Shown here: piece by piece, positions 7,337 through 15,415 of the stretch | Numbering within the stretch: the stretch's first letter is position 1 | Layout: each line of letters opens with the position of its first letter | IMG/VR virus record: IMGVR_UViG_3300030333_001711 | Direction: 5' to 3' (one strand) | Source: an uncultured virus (IMG/VR IMGVR_UViG_3300030333_001711) | Lineage: Duplodnaviria > Heunggongvirae > Uroviricota > Caudoviricetes | Length of the DNA stretch: 64,000 nucleotides | Notes under the pieces: model-generated | The model's input: the letters and a program-made list of their open reading frames with translations, nothing else | Database searches by the model: none | Told to the model about the DNA's origin: nothing | Translations under genes and position numbers: made by a program

Positions 7337-7876
7337 ATGCAAACTTTATCTAACTCTCAGCAAACTAGACTAGACAAAATCAATGCTGACCTAAGAAAGT
7401 CAAGAGTTTTAGAACTTAATGAAATTGTTAACCGTAGTTTACAATTTTCTACTGATTATGGAGTAGAATTTTCTAAAGTCTCAGAAATAGCACTTGATGA
7501 GGGAACAGAGAGACTAGACGAAATTCAAGAATTTCAAGAGACTTTCAACTTAGATATAGATGACGCTATTGAAGAAATTGACACATACGAAAATGTTTGT
7601 AATGAGTTACGTTACTTCGATTCCCCAGTTGATGAAATTATTGAAGCATTTATTAACTTATTCAGTATAAACGACTTAATGCACTTAGAAGAGTCCTATA
7701 GAGGGAAATACTACAGCGGAGCAGAATTTACAGAGGAATTAATCGCAGAATGTGGTTATATTTCTAACTCACTTCCAAGTTGGATAGAGAACTGTATCGA
7801 CTACGAAAAAATTTGGAATCATTCTCTAAGTTATGACTATTGCGAATGGGATAACCATATTTTTAGCAATTTCTAA
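7337..7876 (+). CDS. ardA: ArdA-like antirestriction (DNA-mimic) protein
   Basis: Very acidic 179 aa; C-terminal EESYRGKYYSGAEFTEELIAECG..LPSWIENCIDYEKIW..L..DY pattern matches the ArdA C-terminal consensus. Confidence 0.75.
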   Translation: MQTLSNSQQTRLDKINADLRKSRVLELNEIVNRSLQFSTDYGVEFSKVSEIALDEGTERLDEIQEFQETFNLDIDDAIEEIDTYENVCNELRYFDSPVDEIIEAFINLFSINDLMHLEESYRGKYYSGAEFTEELIAECGYISNSLPSWIENCIDYEKIWNHSLSYDYCEWDNHIFSNF

Positions 7877-7907
7877 GTAAAAAAGGGTTTTAATTAATCT
7901 TATATAT

Positions 7908-7936
7908 AAAGGGACTATTAACAAGTCCCTTTTTTT
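7908..7936 (+). terminator. intrinsic terminator
   Basis: AAAGGGACT/AGTCCCTTT stem plus T-run. Confidence 0.8.
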
Positions 7937-7949
7937 ATTATCCTTTAAA

Positions 7950-8315
7950 ATGATGACTATTTACACGTTTAAAAAAGTAGATGCGGAGACATTTATAGAC
8001 GATAGCGGAAACATATATAAACCTTTACCACTATATGAAGATTATTACATTAAGGAGAATGGCGAGGTCTATTCAACTAAGTGGGGAAAGTGGAAAAAAC
8101 TTAGGACTCATATTAATGAAAACGGTTACAAGAGAGTGACTTTACGACATAACGGTAAGACCGTAGTAAGGAGAATTGCTAGACTTGTTGCAAGTGCTTT
8201 TTTAAATGCGGAGACTTCAGAAAGTGGACTAACTAACCCTATAGAACATAAGCAAGTGAGACATATAGATGGGAACAAAGTAAACGATCATTTTAAAAAC
8301 TTGCGGTATAAGTAA
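7950..8315 (+). CDS. NUMOD4-HNH endonuclease (homing-endonuclease-like)
   Basis: YKPLPLYEDYYIKENGEVYS (NUMOD4-like); RLVASAFL...VRHIDGNKVNDHFKNLRY (HNH_3-like). Confidence 0.8.
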   Translation: MMTIYTFKKVDAETFIDDSGNIYKPLPLYEDYYIKENGEVYSTKWGKWKKLRTHINENGYKRVTLRHNGKTVVRRIARLVASAFLNAETSESGLTNPIEHKQVRHIDGNKVNDHFKNLRYK

Positions 8316-8457
8316 GCAAAAAACCCTATTAATAAAAAGGTATAAAAAAATATAGTTTATAATTTTATATCTCTTTAAATATCTCTAGGAATAGGAGTCT
8401 AAGGAAGTTAGCACGAAACGGATTTTTTTTCTACCTATTCTGTTACACTATGTCATA

Positions 8458-8545
8458 ATAACTGCAACTTAACATATATTCCCAGATATTCACATATATT
8501 AGAATTATTCGCTATAATTAATATAACAACACTAACTAACCCACT
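8458..8545 (+). promoter_or_regulatory. early promoter
   Basis: ATAAC/TTAAC 11 bp apart (8458, 8469), TATAAT 8513-8518, AACAACACTAACTAACCCACTATG leader. Confidence 0.65.
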
Positions 8546-8755
8546 ATGGAAACTATTAATCTTAACAACATCACTTGGAGACAGTTCACACAGACAAAAT
8601 ATTTTCAGAAAAGATTTAATATGGAAAAATTTACTATGGGCGTGTATGGTGCTAACAAATACCTATCTGAAACTCTTGCATATCTCAGAAAAGAAAATGC
8701 GATCCTAGTAGATGGCGAGAAACTACAATTTCCTAATGAGGGGTGCTTATACTAA
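8546..8755 (+). CDS. hypothetical protein
   Basis: 69-aa ORF after the leader motif. Confidence 0.7.
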   Translation: METINLNNITWRQFTQTKYFQKRFNMEKFTMGVYGANKYLSETLAYLRKENAILVDGEKLQFPNEGCLY

Positions 8756-8787
8756 TAGCACCATTCTCAATAAGTGACACAGGTGAG

Positions 8788-8806
8788 AATGAAAACGATT
8801 ATCATT
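8788..8806. promoter_or_regulatory. Fur-box-like inverted repeat
   Basis: AA-TGAAAAC-G-ATTATCA-TT versus the 7-1-7 consensus TGATAAT-N-ATTATCA (12/14 match). Confidence 0.35.
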
Positions 8807-8948
8807 TTCGCCTTGTGACAGTTGGCAAAGTGGCATATTAAAAAATTCCATTTTGTCTAACCTACAAAAGTATAGGGTTTGATATATTATCGAAAACGCA
8901 TTTAAGGTACCCTGATATATAAAAAAAATCCCAAAAAAAATTTTACGT

Positions 8949-9368
8949 ATGGACCATTTGCTAAAAAAGTACGAGGATGATTACTCCCCTTGGTTAGGTC
9001 GCCCTTGGAAACAGCAAAGGGGTGGAGGGTGTTTCACACTCATCTATGATTATATGAAGGATACTGGAGTACAGGAGTTCTCTCAGGACTACTCTCTTAC
9101 AGTTAGGGAATACAAGTTAGAGGATATAGAAGGAGAGGGTTGGAGCATTATCTTCGAGAAAGAAGAAGGTGACTGTGAATTTGACTCAGGTATTTTGAAA
9201 AAGAACGACGTGATATGCTTCTCATTTGGGGGTGATAAAATAAAGCACGCAGCGATATATTTGGGTGATGGGTTAATACTTCAACACAAGTATGCGTACG
9301 TTAGTAATCTAGAATACATAAAATCCTATATACCATTGATACGCTATATTTTACGAAAGAATGAGTAA
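8949..9368 (+). CDS. NlpC/P60-family protein (papain-like peptidase/amidase)
   Basis: YSPWLGRPW...GGGCFTLIYDY ... DVICF...KHAAIYLGDGLILQH gives the Cys/His/His triad pattern. Confidence 0.8.
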   Translation: MDHLLKKYEDDYSPWLGRPWKQQRGGGCFTLIYDYMKDTGVQEFSQDYSLTVREYKLEDIEGEGWSIIFEKEEGDCEFDSGILKKNDVICFSFGGDKIKHAAIYLGDGLILQHKYAYVSNLEYIKSYIPLIRYILRKNE

Positions 9369-9525
9369 ACGATTTCTAGTTCCCATCGAGGAAGATGACT
9401 ATGGTGAAATGACTTTTAAGATACCAGATACGATAGTTGAAGAACTTGGATGGGGAGTAGGAGATATGTTACAATATGATATAGAAGACGATCATTTCAT
9501 TATCCGTAAGGCAGATGACATTTAA
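9361..9525 (+). CDS. AbrB/MazE/SpoVT-like DNA-binding protein (54 aa)
   Basis: MSKRFLVPIEEDDYGEMTFKIPDTIVEELGWGVGDMLQYDIEDDHFIIRKA, a swapped-hairpin signature. Confidence 0.75.
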   Translation: MSKRFLVPIEEDDYGEMTFKIPDTIVEELGWGVGDMLQYDIEDDHFIIRKADDI

Positions 9526-9682
9526 CTCAAAAGAACTTGGTTTAATCTACAAGGCAGTAGACTTGTATAAGAACTCACTGTCACAGTATCAGTCTGTGGA
9601 GTATGAAGATTGTGAAGAAATATTAGATAGAATAACACCGAATGTGTCCAGATATAGGGGACACTATGTTTGTGACCACTAG
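9515..9682 (+). CDS. hypothetical protein (55 aa)
   Basis: MTFNSKELGLIYKAVDLY...YVCDH*. Confidence 0.6.
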   Translation: MTFNSKELGLIYKAVDLYKNSLSQYQSVEYEDCEEILDRITPNVSRYRGHYVCDH

Positions 9683-9748
9683 AGAGGCATTTAGAGGGGT
9701 CTGACGTGAGAATCGTTACCCCCGCGTCGTCGTAACTATTCTGAAATC

Positions 9749-10288
9749 GTGATGAATTTTGAACTAATCGATAACTTCCTCCCCCCGAACGAATTTGAGG
9801 AGATCCAAGACTACTTTACGGGGCAAGACTTTCCGTGGTATGTAAACCAAGCGAAGGTAATGCACGTTGCCCGAATGGTAGATCCTGAGTTGCAAGCGAA
9901 AGAGATATATAACTGGCAAATGGTAAACTACGTATATGGAGGAGGACAACCTCTAGGACCTCAGTATGAGAAGGTATTACCTATAATAAACAAATTACAA
10001 CCAAGAGCACTGATACGTATAAAGGCAAACCTAAACCACCATACAGATAGACTACAGGAATATGACTTTCATACAGACTGTGGTGAGTATGGGTCTAATG
10101 AATTTGAAGGTGCTACCACTGCAATATACTATCTAAATGACAATAATGGTTATACATACTTTCAAGACGGTACTAAAGTTGACAGTAAGGCAAATCGTTT
10201 GCTACAATTTAAGGTGAATACACCTCACGCAGGTACCAGTTGCACAGACCAAAAGTTCCGTGTAGTATTGAATTTTAATTATTTTTAA
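9749..10288 (+). CDS. 2OG-Fe(II) oxygenase
   Basis: HTD ... TAIYYLN.NNGYT.F ... ANRLL.F ... PHAG ... RVVLNFNYF (HxD...H...R). Confidence 0.9.
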   Translation: MMNFELIDNFLPPNEFEEIQDYFTGQDFPWYVNQAKVMHVARMVDPELQAKEIYNWQMVNYVYGGGQPLGPQYEKVLPIINKLQPRALIRIKANLNHHTDRLQEYDFHTDCGEYGSNEFEGATTAIYYLNDNNGYTYFQDGTKVDSKANRLLQFKVNTPHAGTSCTDQKFRVVLNFNYF

Positions 10289-10572
10289 TGGAAAACCAAG
10301 AAGATCTAGTAATACCTCAAGATATAGAGGTACCTAACTTTAAATCTATAGAGGAGGAGAACGAGTGGAGGTTTGAGATGATAGCAAAGACTGCTACTAA
10401 CCTTGCTAACCGTACTCAGCAGATAGAAGCATTTTTAAGTAGAGGTGCTGATATGATACAATATAAAGTTCCTGGAAACGATAATCACAGTAATCTACTA
10501 CAGGTATTTGATACTATTTTTGACAGACTAAATAAAATTGAAGAAACTCTAGCACAAATGGATGCCCGCTAA
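10288..10572 (+). CDS. hypothetical coiled-coil protein
   Basis: 94-aa ORF with TAATG coupling. Confidence 0.75.
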   Translation: MENQEDLVIPQDIEVPNFKSIEEENEWRFEMIAKTATNLANRTQQIEAFLSRGADMIQYKVPGNDNHSNLLQVFDTIFDRLNKIEETLAQMDAR

Positions 10573-13500
10573 GATTCTAGAAACAGGTCGTTCTTATATG
10601 AACCCTGTTGACTCTGAAGATTATACTAAGACATACACTGGAACTAATGTACCCGCAGGATACACTATACAGTTTCAAGGTGTAGGTCCTGGTGGGTACA
10701 AGTTTGGTAAAGATCAAGTATTTTACCTTGGTGAACCTACTGAGGTGTGTTTAGATAACTGTAATGCAGAGAGAACCACTATCTTTAGGTACTATAGTGG
10801 TAAGCAGCGTGATCACGCATATACAAAGAGTGATGTTATGGAGGATACTCAGGAAGAGTTCCGTTCCTATAACAGAGAACCTCGTCAAAGGTCAGCAGCA
10901 TACTTCTCTTTGATGAAAGATAGTCAAACAGGTACTTCCGCTGTGTACCGTAACTATGATTCCGTAAATAATGATACATATTTAACTACAGGAAGCGGAG
11001 GAGAGTTACTAGGGTATATTTGGACATCTGAAAGTGCTGCTAATTCATCTGGTTTACTAAAAGGAGGAGAAAGTGTAACTCCTCTGTATGAATATAAGTT
11101 ACCAAACGGAGTAAACCGTGGTCCTGATACATTTTATACAATAAATCCCGTAACTGAGGTAAATTTAGAGGTAGGAGTTGCGGGAGTTCCTGATTGTTTG
11201 GATGCTAGACAGCAACAATACGCATATGTGGGCATTTTTGGGTATGTAATGACCTCTACAGGTCCAAGAGGTAAGAAAAGAATAGAAAATTTAGGTGGAC
11301 CGAGGAATACTGGGGAAATTTCCCGTGCAGGATGGTATAATTGGGATGAAGCGGGTAATTATGGGGAAAGAGACTACTTAGAATCGATGGATAACCCATC
11401 TCAGTCAGGTTGGGGTGGTTCTAACGTAGAAATATTGAGTACAGCAGCGTATTATGAGTGGTTTTACGGAAAAAACGGACCAGTAAAAGGTTCTGTACCA
11501 AAATCACTCAATTTTCACGATGCTTTTGAGGGACAATTCGTATATTACCTCTATGATACCTCATATCCGTGGAATGGACCCGTATATGGTATAAATTTCC
11601 TCACAACTAACGCTCCTTGTCTACAAAACTCTAATCAGCAACCTACTTATGAATATCATACCTTCAATTACACTATAAAAGAGAGTGCGTGGGTTACACA
11701 GAAGACTAGGATATATGTGGATGCTCCTCAGAACCAAGTAGGTGCAAATGAGTCATTCTGGGGAACTTGCACTGATGAACACCGCATATTTTTTAGATAT
11801 ACCTCTAGCACTGGGTTTTTTGGAGTAGGAGAACGCATAAACAACTGGATGATTAGTGCGTGTCGCTATTTTGGTGATGAAATGAACTGCGGATATATGG
11901 AATTGACCCAAATAAACAATGAAACCGCAGGAAATGCGTTCACATACAACCAATCTTTCACTTCAACCAATGGCGGGAGTATAAATGTACTAGCAGGATA
12001 CGGTATAAAGGACAAAGCAGCGTTCTGGGGAGTGTATGAGTTCCCAAAAAGAGTATCTTATGTACCAGTTTCACTAAAAGAGGGTGCACTTATACCAGAT
12101 CGTAACCTAGATGAGGCATTTTTAGAGGCAAGAATTGATGAATTAGGAAAAGTTGCGTCAATTAACATCATTAATAGCGGAAAAGACTACAAAGATCCCG
12201 ATCTTGCGATAGAATTTCCAGAAACATTGCGTGAACAAGGGTTTGCAGACGATATGAAGTTCCGTCAAGAGATATTTAAGAACGATACAGGTATAAATTT
12301 ACAGTCAAAAGCGGTAGAAGACCCAGATTTTAAGGATGGAGAGCAAAGTTCCAAGGACGGAACAGCATCTATTCTTAATGAATCCTATAAAAACGAGTCT
12401 GGATTTAGAGGAACGTTAAGACAAGCACAGTTAAGAGCAGTTTTAGACGATCAAGGTAGTATTATAAACGTAATTATTGAAGATCCTGGTCAAGGATACA
12501 GTCCTGCGTCTCAACCAAAGATATTAGTTGCAGAAAGATATGAGGAACAACTAGAAGAAAGGGGTACAGACAACCAAGTTCAAGATTTAGATTTACAATA
12601 TAACTCAACTTTAAAGACTGGACAATTAGATCCTGAGATGCAAGAGCAGGTAAATGCCAATTTAGATAACTTTGAAGAAGATATTCCTGAGTATGATCAA
12701 CCTAGAAGTGAAGGAACAGTCACAAGTTACATTAATATGCCAGATGTTAACCCAGAAGAGATGAGTAAAGACTGTGAATCTACTCCAAAGAACTGTATTA
12801 ACCTAGAAGTTGCACCTGGATGGAGTGATATTAATAATATTTACGATACAGACACTACTTTTGCAAGTGTGCGGAGATATGCACCAGACTTTAACGAAAG
12901 AAACGCGGAAATATCGCAGATGTGGCAAATGTCCCGTGAAACATCTGATGAAGTTAACGCAGATACGGGTGGAATAGAGTCATTATATCCGCAAGGGTGT
13001 GAAGAATGGGAACAACCAAACATATTTCACGTAAGAAGGTTCTTTGACATACCGTGTCCTTATGTAACACTAGATGCTGATGGTGAAAAGTCATTATTTG
13101 GGTTTATGCCTTACAAGTATTGTGCTAGTCAACAAGAGACTGCAAGGGTACGTGTATCTATGGAGATAGAAGGCGATGTAAGCGGTGCAGGAGCGTCTGT
13201 AAGCACTGCTTTTAACAATTTCCTTAAAACACTACCTGCACCCACATTAACACGTCCTAGGAAGATTACAAACCTACCTAATGGAATAAAAGCACATCCT
13301 TGTTTCCAAGGAGATGCAGAGGGTAGATGTTATCAAACCTCCGCAGGTCAATACGCATTTGTTCCTCTTGGCGGTGATGAAAATACATTTGATTACGGAT
13401 TATCTGGAATGACGGAGTTAGGGCAACTACAAACGTGGATAGGAAACAATGTTAGCGGATATGGAGGAAGTACTAACTTCACTTACGGTTATAACACCGT

Positions 13501-13870
13501 ATCAATCGCAGCGTGTAGCGGAGGAAAGTTACCTAATCCGTGTTGGCACAATTTTGTCACGGATGGAGTGCTAGATGTCAATAAGGGATATGATGGAGGT
13601 GGAAGTGCTCTTTCACAAGCGGATTTGTGTAGTTCCTCACCATTACAAGCGTGTAGTGGTACAAACGGTAGTGCTCTGTACCAAGTAGTACACGCTGCTA
13701 TATCCATAGATCCAAACTTAGTCAACGCGGACAACTATATAGAGATGGGACCCTACGAGGGTACATTACTCTATCGTAATTATTCCGCAGCGAGCACAAA
13801 GTTACTAGATGACACAATGAACAACTACGGAAACCCTTACTTTGATGAATGTGATTTAAGGTTCGACTAA
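10562..13870 (+). CDS. virion structural protein (baseplate/spike-associated)
   Basis: 1102 aa; N-terminal DUF5648-like repeats (IFRYY..DHAYT, PLYEY..DTFYT), IINSGKDY/EDPGQGY repeats shared with other baseplate genes; late-promoter-like ACTAAATA at 10527. Confidence 0.7.
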   Translation: MPAKILETGRSYMNPVDSEDYTKTYTGTNVPAGYTIQFQGVGPGGYKFGKDQVFYLGEPTEVCLDNCNAERTTIFRYYSGKQRDHAYTKSDVMEDTQEEFRSYNREPRQRSAAYFSLMKDSQTGTSAVYRNYDSVNNDTYLTTGSGGELLGYIWTSESAANSSGLLKGGESVTPLYEYKLPNGVNRGPDTFYTINPVTEVNLEVGVAGVPDCLDARQQQYAYVGIFGYVMTSTGPRGKKRIENLGGPRNTGEISRAGWYNWDEAGNYGERDYLESMDNPSQSGWGGSNVEILSTAAYYEWFYGKNGPVKGSVPKSLNFHDAFEGQFVYYLYDTSYPWNGPVYGINFLTTNAPCLQNSNQQPTYEYHTFNYTIKESAWVTQKTRIYVDAPQNQVGANESFWGTCTDEHRIFFRYTSSTGFFGVGERINNWMISACRYFGDEMNCGYMELTQINNETAGNAFTYNQSFTSTNGGSINVLAGYGIKDKAAFWGVYEFPKRVSYVPVSLKEGALIPDRNLDEAFLEARIDELGKVASINIINSGKDYKDPDLAIEFPETLREQGFADDMKFRQEIFKNDTGINLQSKAVEDPDFKDGEQSSKDGTASILNESYKNESGFRGTLRQAQLRAVLDDQGSIINVIIEDPGQGYSPASQPKILVAERYEEQLEERGTDNQVQDLDLQYNSTLKTGQLDPEMQEQVNANLDNFEEDIPEYDQPRSEGTVTSYINMPDVNPEEMSKDCESTPKNCINLEVAPGWSDINNIYDTDTTFASVRRYAPDFNERNAEISQMWQMSRETSDEVNADTGGIESLYPQGCEEWEQPNIFHVRRFFDIPCPYVTLDADGEKSLFGFMPYKYCASQQETARVRVSMEIEGDVSGAGASVSTAFNNFLKTLPAPTLTRPRKITNLPNGIKAHPCFQGDAEGRCYQTSAGQYAFVPLGGDENTFDYGLSGMTELGQLQTWIGNNVSGYGGSTNFTYGYNTVSIAACSGGKLPNPCWHNFVTDGVLDVNKGYDGGGSALSQADLCSSSPLQACSGTNGSALYQVVHAAISIDPNLVNADNYIEMGPYEGTLLYRNYSAASTKLLDDTMNNYGNPYFDECDLRFD

Positions 13871-14040
13871 TGACTCCAACTTACCACATCTATCTAAACG
13901 AGAAGTGTTTATTCAAAAACTTAAACCAAGAAGAGTTTGATCTCATCTGGGGTAGGATATATAAGTCCTACTTTGCGGATGAACTCACATACTCTGCTGT
14001 TTTTGAAAAAGCAGAAGACTATTCAGACGCATCTTTCTAA
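13870..14040 (+). CDS. hypothetical protein (56 aa)
   Basis: MTPTYHIYLNEKCLFKNLNQEEFDLIWGRIY...DASF*; TAATG coupling. Confidence 0.65.
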   Translation: MTPTYHIYLNEKCLFKNLNQEEFDLIWGRIYKSYFADELTYSAVFEKAEDYSDASF

Positions 14041-14041
14041 A

Positions 14042-14569
14042 ATGGGAAAACCAATGCCAGTTGCAAGTCATAATGGTCTACCTTGTAGTGGGCACGGGAT
14101 TCCTATACCTTCAACTATTCACGCTCAACAACCTTGCGGAAGTCCACCCATACCATTTACTATCGAGATAAAAGATAAAACTTGTTGGTGGCCACCCACT
14201 CCATTGATTCCTCTAACTGGATTGACACCTGAGAGATCATTAGTATTAGTAAATAAACTTCCTATTATGTTGGAGATGGATGTTTTTACTCCGCACATAT
14301 CTCCTACTACAAATATCATAAATTATTTGTGTCCCTGCGGAAAAGCAATGTGTATTATTCCAACACCAATAATTTGCGGATTGTTGACTATAGAAGATAA
14401 AGGTGGTATTGGTCACGAAAGAATTTTAAACGCTACTACATTTACAGTATTTGCCCTTAAGAGAAGAGTTGCCAGAATGCTAGACCCATTAGGTGCAGGA
14501 TTACCAAAAGTATCCTGGCCGTGTAAATCGGTTGTTGCTTATGGTTCACCTACTGTTCTCTGTGGTTAA
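14042..14569 (+). CDS. PAAR-like spike-tip protein (T4 gp5.4-like), Cys/Pro-rich
   Basis: CSGHG ... VLVNKLPI...D.FTPH ... GH ... TVF...RVARM.DPL ... C.SVVAYGSPTV; located before gp25. Confidence 0.7.
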   Translation: MGKPMPVASHNGLPCSGHGIPIPSTIHAQQPCGSPPIPFTIEIKDKTCWWPPTPLIPLTGLTPERSLVLVNKLPIMLEMDVFTPHISPTTNIINYLCPCGKAMCIIPTPIICGLLTIEDKGGIGHERILNATTFTVFALKRRVARMLDPLGAGLPKVSWPCKSVVAYGSPTVLCG

Positions 14570-14573
14570 TCCA

Positions 14574-14705
14574 ATGGAAAAGACTAAAACGAAAAGTTTT
14601 GACGAATGGATGAAGGAAATGTTAGAAGGGCAAGAAGAAGATTTGCCAGAGATTCCTGATGCGTCAGGAATAGATATAGATATAGATTATAGTCATTCAC
14701 ACTGA
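14574..14705 (+). CDS. small acidic hypothetical protein
   Basis: MEKTKTKSFDEWMKEMLEG...YSHSH*. Confidence 0.45.
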   Translation: MEKTKTKSFDEWMKEMLEGQEEDLPEIPDASGIDIDIDYSHSH

Positions 14706-14764
14706 GGGAGTACAAAAGATCTCCACTTAGAAGGAGTGCCCTCTTATAAAACTACATTATTACT

Positions 14765-14902
14765 ATGGCAAAAACTTTCAGTATGGGTCAAACTATTGAA
14801 TCCAAACCTAAAAAAACACGACAAGGCAGAGGACAACACAGTAAGTATTCTGCAACTTCTCGTAACAAAGCAAAAAAACGTTATCGAGGACAAGGTAAAT
14901 GA
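14765..14902 (+). CDS. small basic protein (45 aa)
   Basis: MAKTFSMGQTIESKPKKTRQGRGQHSKYSATSRNKAKKRYRGQGK*; K/R-rich with YRGQG C-terminus typical of T4-like cyanophages. Confidence 0.75.
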   Translation: MAKTFSMGQTIESKPKKTRQGRGQHSKYSATSRNKAKKRYRGQGK

Positions 14903-15036
14903 TTCGAGTAGATATGAGTGAAGATTTTATCAAAACTGGTGGATGGTTAGTAACTATGCCCGAACGTGATAAATACTTAAAACAAATGAAAGTTTTGAGT
15001 AATGGCGTACAAGTTCAGAGCAGAACGAACTCTTAG
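14899..15036 (+). CDS. hypothetical protein (45 aa)
   Basis: MIRVDMSEDFIKTGGWLVTMPERDKYLK...; ATGA overlap; contains a late-promoter-like GATAAATA. Confidence 0.4.
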   Translation: MIRVDMSEDFIKTGGWLVTMPERDKYLKQMKVLSNGVQVQSRTNS

Positions 15037-15415
15037 CAGACAATTCAAAGACTTCAGTATTCAGATGAGAGCAAATCCGAATACTGAAGATTTTACTGTG
15101 GTTAAGAATGAAAACGCTATTAAGCAATCAGTACGTAATTTAGTATTAACTGGAATGGGTGAAAGACCATTTCAACCTAAGATTGGATCACGTTTGAGAC
15201 AACTATTATTTGAACCATATGATGTTTTTCTAGCACAAGACATAAAAGAAGAAATCATCAACGTCGTTAAAAGACTAGAACCAAGAATTAATGTTCGTCA
15301 AGTTAGAGTTTTTAATGACCCAGAAGATGAAAACAATCTTCGTGTTGAATTTGACTATACTATTGTTGGTGAAACCTTGATACAAACTGTTGACTTCCTA
15401 TTGGAGACAATATAA
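15002..15415 (+). CDS. gp25: baseplate wedge subunit gp25 (GPW/gp25 family)
   Basis: AIKQSVRNLVLT..GERPFQP.IGS.L...LFEP ... EPRI. Confidence 0.92.
   Translation: MAYKFRAERTLSRQFKDFSIQMRANPNTEDFTVVKNENAIKQSVRNLVLTGMGERPFQPKIGSRLRQLLFEPYDVFLAQDIKEEIINVVKRLEPRINVRQVRVFNDPEDENNLRVEFDYTIVGETLIQTVDFLLETI

Noticed and set aside
811..8548. Repeated intergenic motifs as a CRISPR array or integron attC sites
   Set aside because: Repeats are degenerate, separated by whole genes, and coincide with promoter elements; no cas or integrase gene in the window
13937..14041. N-terminal extension of the PAAR-like ORF
   Set aside because: Overlaps a better ORF (13870-14040); the likely start is ATG 14042
14736..14921. 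61-aa track ORF
   Set aside because: The overlapping frame 14765-14902 encodes a more recognisable basic protein
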